Source: Dudresnaya verticillata | Lineage: Eukaryota | Assembly: GCA_977862235.1 (NCBI GenBank) | Contig: OZ374561.1 | Coordinates: 1,612,001-1,676,000 of the forward strand | Direction: 5' to 3' | DNA length: 64,000 nt | Notes under the pieces: generated by a model | What the model saw: the letters and a program-made list of their open reading frames with translations, nothing else | Databases searched by the model: none | Told to the model about the DNA's origin: nothing | Position numbers and translations under genes: made by a program | In this document: in pieces, positions 57,157 through 64,000 of the stretch | Layout: each line of letters begins with the position of its first letter | Numbering within the stretch: the stretch's first letter is position 1

Positions 57157-60054
57157 GATGCGGATTTTTGTTGTGAGTAGTAAGATACTGACTTGACTTG
57201 TGTTGTTAGGAGGTTGGAAGAAAGACAGCTTTGGATACGCTAACGAAACATGCCGAAGTGAATGCGAGGCTCCCCGTCAGTGTTTATATACCAAGCAAGA
57301 GAAATATGGACTCATTCGCATATAGCCTAGTGTTCACACTAGAAAGAGTTCGTATCCCAGGCCCAAGATCCTCACTCGCTGTGTACCGGTCTGACCACAG
57401 CATGGTCAAGCTCGCTGTCCATGCGCTGTCCTACATGAGTTTGTCCCTTTCGCAGCAACGCTCGAGTCTTCACCAACTCGAGAGAAATGGGTCATTAGCT
57501 TTCTGCAAGGCAAAGGAGTTGGCCCGATTTGCTTCCTGAACGACCACAGAAGGATGTCTTACGACTTGCTAACGGGCTCTCAAAGACTCTGCAAAGCACA
57601 TATGGCTGCTGGGAGAGTGCGGAGATCAGAGGACAGTGGTTCCTCGTTTAGGCACTGTAGTGCGAGCATCCGCTGTGGTGCCGCACCCGCCATCAAACGT
57701 CGCCAATCACAGTACTCCAGCCTTACTAGGCGGTAGCGGCACCGTGAAGACTCGCCAGCTTTGTCTGTTGCACTGCTCGCAAATGCACGGATGTCTGGCA
57801 AAGGAGCGCAGTCGACTGGTGGGCCAGGGAGTCGTGCCAGTAGTGTCACAGGCCAGCTAAATTTCAAACTTTGAAATACAAAACCGCATGAGACACAGCT
57901 GGAGAGCGGTGTGATAACCCCTAGCCTCTCGAAAATCCTTGTTTGGGAGTGCCGGACAGCAAGCACAGTGCACCCGGACGTGGACGGCAGCCATGCATCT
58001 CGCGATTGCGTCACATTTTCTCTTTGCGACAATGGAGTTATCGACACTGCCAGGCCGAATTGCGAAATCTTGTGACTGGCGGCAAGACTGTCCGCAAAAC
58101 AACAGTCTATCATAACGTGTAGCCTGTAATGGTGAGATATTTCACTCTGGAAAAATTTAGAACATGTATACAGAGAACGCAGATCATCCCCGGAGATTTG
58201 TTGAGTAAACGTTGTTGACTTGCTTCAATTCAACACTGTGTTTATTTTTCATGTACTCCTCAACTTGGACTTCTGGACTTAAAAGACTGACTTTCTTGCT
58301 TTTGTAGTCTTTGTTCTTTATTATTAAAATGGCTTCTACTTCAAAAATTCCCACCTCTATGGCCATCTTCTGCAGTCTGTATTGAAAATATCCATCCCAT
58401 CGACTGGAATGTGTCACATTTTATCTGTTATATTTTATGTGCTTCCTTCGTAAAGTCTGCAGAGGAGAGACGGGTACATTGTGGTATTGCCATTTTATTT
58501 ATTTTGTTTAGGGTGGTCCTACTCGGGCCATTAGGGCCTGTATGCAGGTATACCATAGGGGCATTCGGGCACGCTGTGGTTGGTGTGAACTGTGTTGTGT
58601 GCTTCTGCGCAACAAGAGCTAGAAAGTGATACTGAAATGCAGCTAAAATGACAGCCGAGAAAGTACTCCGTGCAACCGCGCATTGCGCGATAACCGGAAA
58701 AAGAGCTGACTCGACGCAGAAGAGCCACGACAGTGAATTTATGTAAAGACGTGGCACAGTGTCCTAGCAGTAATGTGCCAACCCGACATCCCACTCTAAA
58801 ATGACAAGGGCCTTCGTCTGACCAACCTGCTAACGAATAGAAGGCGACGAGCGCGAAATCATACGCCAACCAAAAGCCACCATTGGCCAACAACGTGAGA
58901 CAGAAAACGCGAGCACCAGGAGAAAATGCTGTCGGGAAAAGGCCTTGATGATGCGATTCCAGGAGCGCCTGCGGTCGGGCTTTCTTAACGTCATCCTCAG
59001 GGCAGTCGGATGTCCCGGCCACGGTTCGAACCCGCGACCGCGTAACTTCCGTAGCCGCAGCACAGGCCACTCCAGAGGCCAGGGCGAGTTTTTGTCTAAA
59101 GTCGAATCAGGGCTTGATTCGGCGAAGGCGCATTGGCGTTCTGATTGGTGGGGGATTGTGTGCTGACACAAGTGCTGACAGCCGTTTGGAGAAAGTTACG
59201 CATTGAAGAGGTGCGCTTCCGTTGTTCACTGCCGCTACGGAGGGACTCCAGCGAGAGAAACAGGGCATATGCCGTCGAAATATGACTGTATGTGGCCCGT
59301 GTCGATCTCAAGTGCAGAGCACCAACGGGAGAAGGGCCTTTTTTTCTTAAACAGGTTTGCTACAATGTAGCAGTCGACAGCCAGTGCTGCGCGGCATTGC
59401 CGCTGCCCGGTACGGAACTCGCATCCACATGGCCAACGTCTGCCCACGCTGTTCACAACTTGTTGGCACTCGGCAAGTCCAACCGCTTTCGATGGCCCAC
59501 TTCGTGCGCCGCACGTGCTTCCGCAACAAAAACCCCCACCTCTTGCGCGTGCGCACGAGCAGCACGTTGCAAAGTGCTCCCGCTTTAGCCGCAAATCACG
59601 TGGGCATGCATGTCTTGACCGCCCTAAAGGCCGCGCTGCTCGACAGCCTCGGATGGGCCGCGTTGCCCCTGCGGTTTACATTCGATCACACAACAATTCC
59701 GGAATGGCATTCCACACCCGCATTCGCCCCAGAGCTGCGCGCGTATGGGCGGGGGAGGGCTTCAGAGTAGATACAACGCCTGGAACAAGCGCTTTCAGTT
59801 GGGAAGAAATTTTTTGTATTGGCCCGTTTCTAACATTAACGTCAACGGGAACGGCTACGGCACGGACTGGAACTTCCAGCCTGGAAGGTGCCATGTTAAC
59901 AAGGGATGACATCGCAAGAGATATCCGCTTGCTGTGGTTTTAGGACAAACATCTCTGCGAATGTTTCGAATATCAAGACTTCAATCATGAAAGTCTACGA
60001 GTGGTAGCGGCATCTCCTCCCCGCTACATCTCGACCTTCAAAGCCTGCGTTCAG

Positions 60055-60667
60055 ATGGAACCTCGATATGGTTCGATCGGAATAGACCATGAGAGATACG
60101 CTTCCCAGTACTACGCAGGACATGAAAGCGACCGGGGAGAATACATGAGATGGTCGTTGTTCACTTTGACCTTCTTTTTCGGTCTCGTTGCTTTGCTCAG
60201 CCTTCGGAGTGCCGACTATAACGCAACTGTCACTGCAGTTGTGAAACAGGGGCCTAGGAAGCCTCCACCACGAACAAGAGCCGTGGTTTTATGCGACACT
60301 GCACCAGCTTTTGGACCATGTTTTCAACTATCGAAAGGCTTCTACTTTGACAAGAACAAGCAGGTACGTCGCTCCACTCGCAAAAATGCGCACTGAAAGA
60401 AGCCGAAAGGAACTAGCGGGTTGTCACGTGCCGAGTGCGGCTCTGGGTGAGTTGCTAATGAACGTTGTGGTCGAATGTTTTTGAGGAGAACAGGCCTGTC
60501 TGGGGTTTTATTGGGCTTCTTGTGGAGAACCTGCGCCGTTCAAGAGCAGTGAGGAATGCGTTCACTCTTGCGTCATGAGGGACACAGCGCAGAAACAGAA
60601 AGTTCAAAAACGATTTCCAGGCGTATCTGTAGAGAATGTTGCCCACGCCATCCGCACGATGCAATAG
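60055..60667 (+). CDS. Kunitz/BPTI-type protease-inhibitor domain protein, 2 exons (intron 60364-60493)
   Basis: CAG|GTACGT donor, GCTAAT branch-like site and CAG acceptor; the spliced product CDTAPAFGPCFQLSKGFYFDKNKQ|ACLGFYWASCGEPAPFKSSEECVHSC has C-x8-C-x15-C-x7-C-x11-C-x3-C spacing; a hydrophobic signal or anchor lies upstream. Confidence 0.85.
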
Positions 60668-61689
60668 CTCTAGAAGCACACAGTAGTCAATACTGTCTAC
60701 AGGGGTAACCGCTAGACCCTTCCTTCTCTTATAATTCTCAAGATGGGCATTGTCACGAGAGCAGCTTTTCGTTTCTGTGAAAACTCGACTGTGCCGCTGG
60801 CGCGTTGTGGATATTGGAGCAAGTCCTAAGTGCAACTGAGCATGGCTCCTTGAAGAATTATTATTCGAATGAGTCTGGTTCATAAGAAATGACGAATCGT
60901 ACGTATGGGACGAGGTGCAGAAGCGACGGGAGGCTTTCAATGACAAGCAAGGCCTTCCTCGCACGGAAGTACTCCTCGTTCAGCAACCCTCAAAGTTTAG
61001 CAATGTCTATTCTGTCACAGTCTGTGACTCGCAGATAGTGTAGAAGGTTCCAGAATGTGAGCTTTGCACCTAGAGGCCATGGTTTTGCATCTACCACACT
61101 GGTTCCCGCTTCTAATATGATGCTAATGGCTTTACAAGACCAAACAGTGAATCTGGAGAAGAAAGGTCGGCGCAACATGTGCTTGCGCCGCTAGGTGAGC
61201 TTCTTCGTAGCGCTTTTAACCGAACCTTGTTCAGTTTGCCGGGGCAGAGAGCGATGTTCGTACTGACTGCTGTCCGCAACTGTAAAAGTTTACGAGAGAG
61301 ACTGACCTTTCCTCGGAACAACTAACTGTACGGAAGAGGCAGCGATGTTGATGTGGTGGAATGGTCTTCGAAACTCATACATGGAGCTCTCCAATGAAGT
61401 GCTCCTTGCCGTGGCCCAGAAAAATAAACCCTAAAACAAGCCGGGAAGCATTGGACTCCTCGCCGTGGCCCAGCAAAGCTAACCACGGTACACAATCTCC
61501 TGCCAGCACTGCTGTGCTGGGCAACGCAGTGTAATTGTGGGCAGTCCGGTATCCATCTCCTTGAAACCCACTTCTTCTCGATTCAAACTTCATCGTGGTT
61601 GTCCACCCCGCCGCCCGCTTCCATCCCCCAATGCCGCTCACCACTGGTGCGATGACGGCGATCGTCCCACTCAACCTCCTTCACCAGCA

Positions 61690-62760
61690 ATGTCAAGCCT
61701 GCACCAAAGCCACTATTTGCCGTGGGACAACCTGACGCGCCATCTATCCTACCTTCGTGGTCCACCGGCGTCATCGGAGCATCGGCAGCCGTTTCTGCAC
61801 CTGGTGACGGGCCCGACGAAGCATGTGCATGATGCTGCGGAGCGCGAAAAGCTGCGAGAATTTGTGCGACGCGATTTTGCGCATTTCGCTCGCGCCCTGC
61901 GTAACCGGATCGAGGAGTTCTCCGCCACCGAGAGGATCAAGATCGAGCGCATGGCGGCAGAGGTCGGGACGCAGGACGACCACTCATTCTCACTGCTGTT
62001 TGAGGCCCGTCCAGACCTCATGGAGCACAGTAACCTTTATACGGAGCTAAAGAGGGACATGGCAAGGGCGTATCCGCGTGCGAGCGACGTCAATTTGAAC
62101 ACCGGTACCGAGCTTTCCAGGTTTGAGTGGTGGGTGAAGAATTTTCGCTCAGAACGTCTTGTCTCACGGGATATGGCAATGGCGGATGTTATCAAGCACC
62201 TTCTGAACGTGGATACTCCGCAATCGTTGGTCACCCTTCGGCGGTTGGCACATTACAAGGGAATTGAGATGCAGAGGCTGATCCATCTTAGCTATGGGCA
62301 TCACTACGGATGGAGCAGAATTGGAGAGCACGCACTTCGGATGTACATTGTTTTAAATATACTGATAGACAAGGACTTGCACTGCAGCGGGATTGAATGG
62401 CTGAGGACTCTTCCAGGATGGCGCTACTTTGAGAACGACCTGACGGACTTTTATGATGGGTGTGAGCAGAATGTCCCAGACAGGGCATTCTTCGCGAACT
62501 GGAAGGCGGGTTTTCCCGGCCTTGGAGTGCTGAAGACTCATCTCAAGAAGCAGTTTCGGAGATTGTATCTTTACGATTGGTTGGTCAAGGACTGTCACGG
62601 GGAGGTGGACTGGTTCCGGGACATCACGGCACAACTCAGTCGTTGGTGTGATCGGCAAGGACGCGGCTACATTATGCCCTGGGAATACTGCTGGAAGGAG
62701 GCAAGTCCTAAGAGGAGAATTGGACCCTGTCCCGCCTCTTGTGCTATTCATGGATTGTAG
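61690..62760 (+). CDS. Hypothetical protein (~356 aa)
   Basis: Long uninterrupted ORF with globular composition; no family recognised. Confidence 0.65.
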   Translation: MSSLHQSHYLPWDNLTRHLSYLRGPPASSEHRQPFLHLVTGPTKHVHDAAEREKLREFVRRDFAHFARALRNRIEEFSATERIKIERMAAEVGTQDDHSFSLLFEARPDLMEHSNLYTELKRDMARAYPRASDVNLNTGTELSRFEWWVKNFRSERLVSRDMAMADVIKHLLNVDTPQSLVTLRRLAHYKGIEMQRLIHLSYGHHYGWSRIGEHALRMYIVLNILIDKDLHCSGIEWLRTLPGWRYFENDLTDFYDGCEQNVPDRAFFANWKAGFPGLGVLKTHLKKQFRRLYLYDWLVKDCHGEVDWFRDITAQLSRWCDRQGRGYIMPWEYCWKEASPKRRIGPCPASCAIHGL

Positions 62761-64000
62761 AGCATCGAGCGAGTTAATAAACAAAGGACAACCCGTGAAT
62801 GTATTCGCTGGTTGTCTTTCTATTCTCGAATACTGTACGTTGCGAAGTGGATGATCCCGCCTGGCTCAAAGCATCACCCACATTATGTGGGCCCCATTGT
62901 GTCCTGTCTTTGCTTGATGTTTTTGCAGATTTAGTAATCGAACAATGCAAGCACAAGAACTCTATGACAAGAGCGGTAGCAGCTGTACCTCTACGCGCAT
63001 CAATGGACAAAGTAGACCACACCAAGTCTCCCAAAGTGGCTCGCAGCAGCTCCCATATGATGTATGACTAGCTTCGATCTCTGGATCCGGAAATGCCGAC
63101 CCAGTTTTCTCACAGCACCGGGCGGGCTGCGGGCCGAGAGCAGACACCGAGCAGCGGAGCTATCGGTGTTGAGAATCCGGGTTTGAAAAGCAAGGATTAA
63201 GTTGAGCGTTTCCTGCAAATCCGCGATGGCGACGAAGACAATCGCTCTCAACCCACTTGCCACAGAACCTGTTCAACGCGGCATCCCGGCGCCCATCATC
63301 GCGATTCCCCGCGCAGACGACCCGACGCCGCCAGGCTTTCTCGCGACCCGCTCCGATTGCCCATGTCGGGGCGATGGGTTGCGATGGTAAAGCTCGCACC
63401 GCAGTTTGCGACCGAGCGGAGAACTGTGTACCTGAGCGTCGTGTCCTGAAGGTAAGCGCTTCGCGCTACGTAGCAGCACCCGGCCCGGCGCGCGCGCAAG
63501 GCGCGCTCTGTGCAGCTAGACAAGCCGCTCGCGCGGCCGCGCGCGGGCTGGTTTTCCGTTTGTAGCACCGCGTGACTGCCGCAGACGCAGAAATTTCGGG
63601 AAAGTAACGAGCGCGCGCGGTTGTGGCAACGCGGTGACGCGCTGATTAACACGCGCGGGACAACAGGCAGACGCCTCACGTTGCGTGACCACGCCTCGCC
63701 TGATTCTGGACGCGATGCTCGCTGCGCTTAGAGTGCGCGGCTTGTGCTGGTGAGTTTGGGGTTTTGGCGGTGCGCTTGCTCGGTGAACATCCGAAGACAT
63801 GTTTGTGTTTTGCTGCGAGCGGATGGCGGGTGAGTGCGAGGCCTACCAAGCGGCGGGGGACGTGATTCCCGTGCCTGGTCCGCAGCTTTCAACGGAGGTT
63901 GAACAAAACTTTATAACATTGGAATTACAGACGACTTAAAGTACAGCTGAACCTCAATCCTTCGTACGGTACAGTTGGCAGCAGGAAACAAGTCGATACT

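Noticed and set aside
57231..59943. Numerous overlapping short ORFs
   Set aside because: No recognisable domains; consistent with chance ORFs in GC-rich intergenic DNA.

Overview
Eukaryotic nuclear DNA dominated by transposons. The compact, intron-poor genes and the Sel1-repeat gene suggest a red alga, which is an inference only. 1-17.5 kb holds a decayed PIF/Harbinger pair, a truncated MTHFR fragment, two homologous ACCTAT/ATAGGT motif arrays, several small coiled-coil ORFs, and a ~980-codon ParB + DPPY-type (N6A/N4C) DNA methyltransferase pseudogene. 17.7-51.3 kb is a nest of three chromodomain-bearing Ty3/Gypsy LTR retrotransposons. An old 5'-truncated element C hosts full-length element A (25764-37496, minus strand, TSD GTCGC) and probably element B (39766-51145, plus strand, TSD TCTCC). 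The most notable system: all three elements carry a homologous large antisense ORF between the chromodomain and the 3' LTR, with a Trp-rich core, SUMO-type motifs and, in A and B, an NLS-like tail. A and B are also studded with a palindromic 9-mer (about 25 exact CCGTWACGG copies in B, many inside pol). Together these suggest an element-encoded nuclear factor with dispersed cognate sites, which is a hypothesis. A and B also share an internal copy of the PPT, a tRNA-Tyr-like PBS and a covarying -1 frameshift signal. 52-64 kb holds host-like genes: a Sel1-repeat protein, a small secreted 8-Cys protein, a spliced Kunitz/BPTI-domain gene missed by the ORF track, and an unknown ORF. All comparisons and counts were made by eye.
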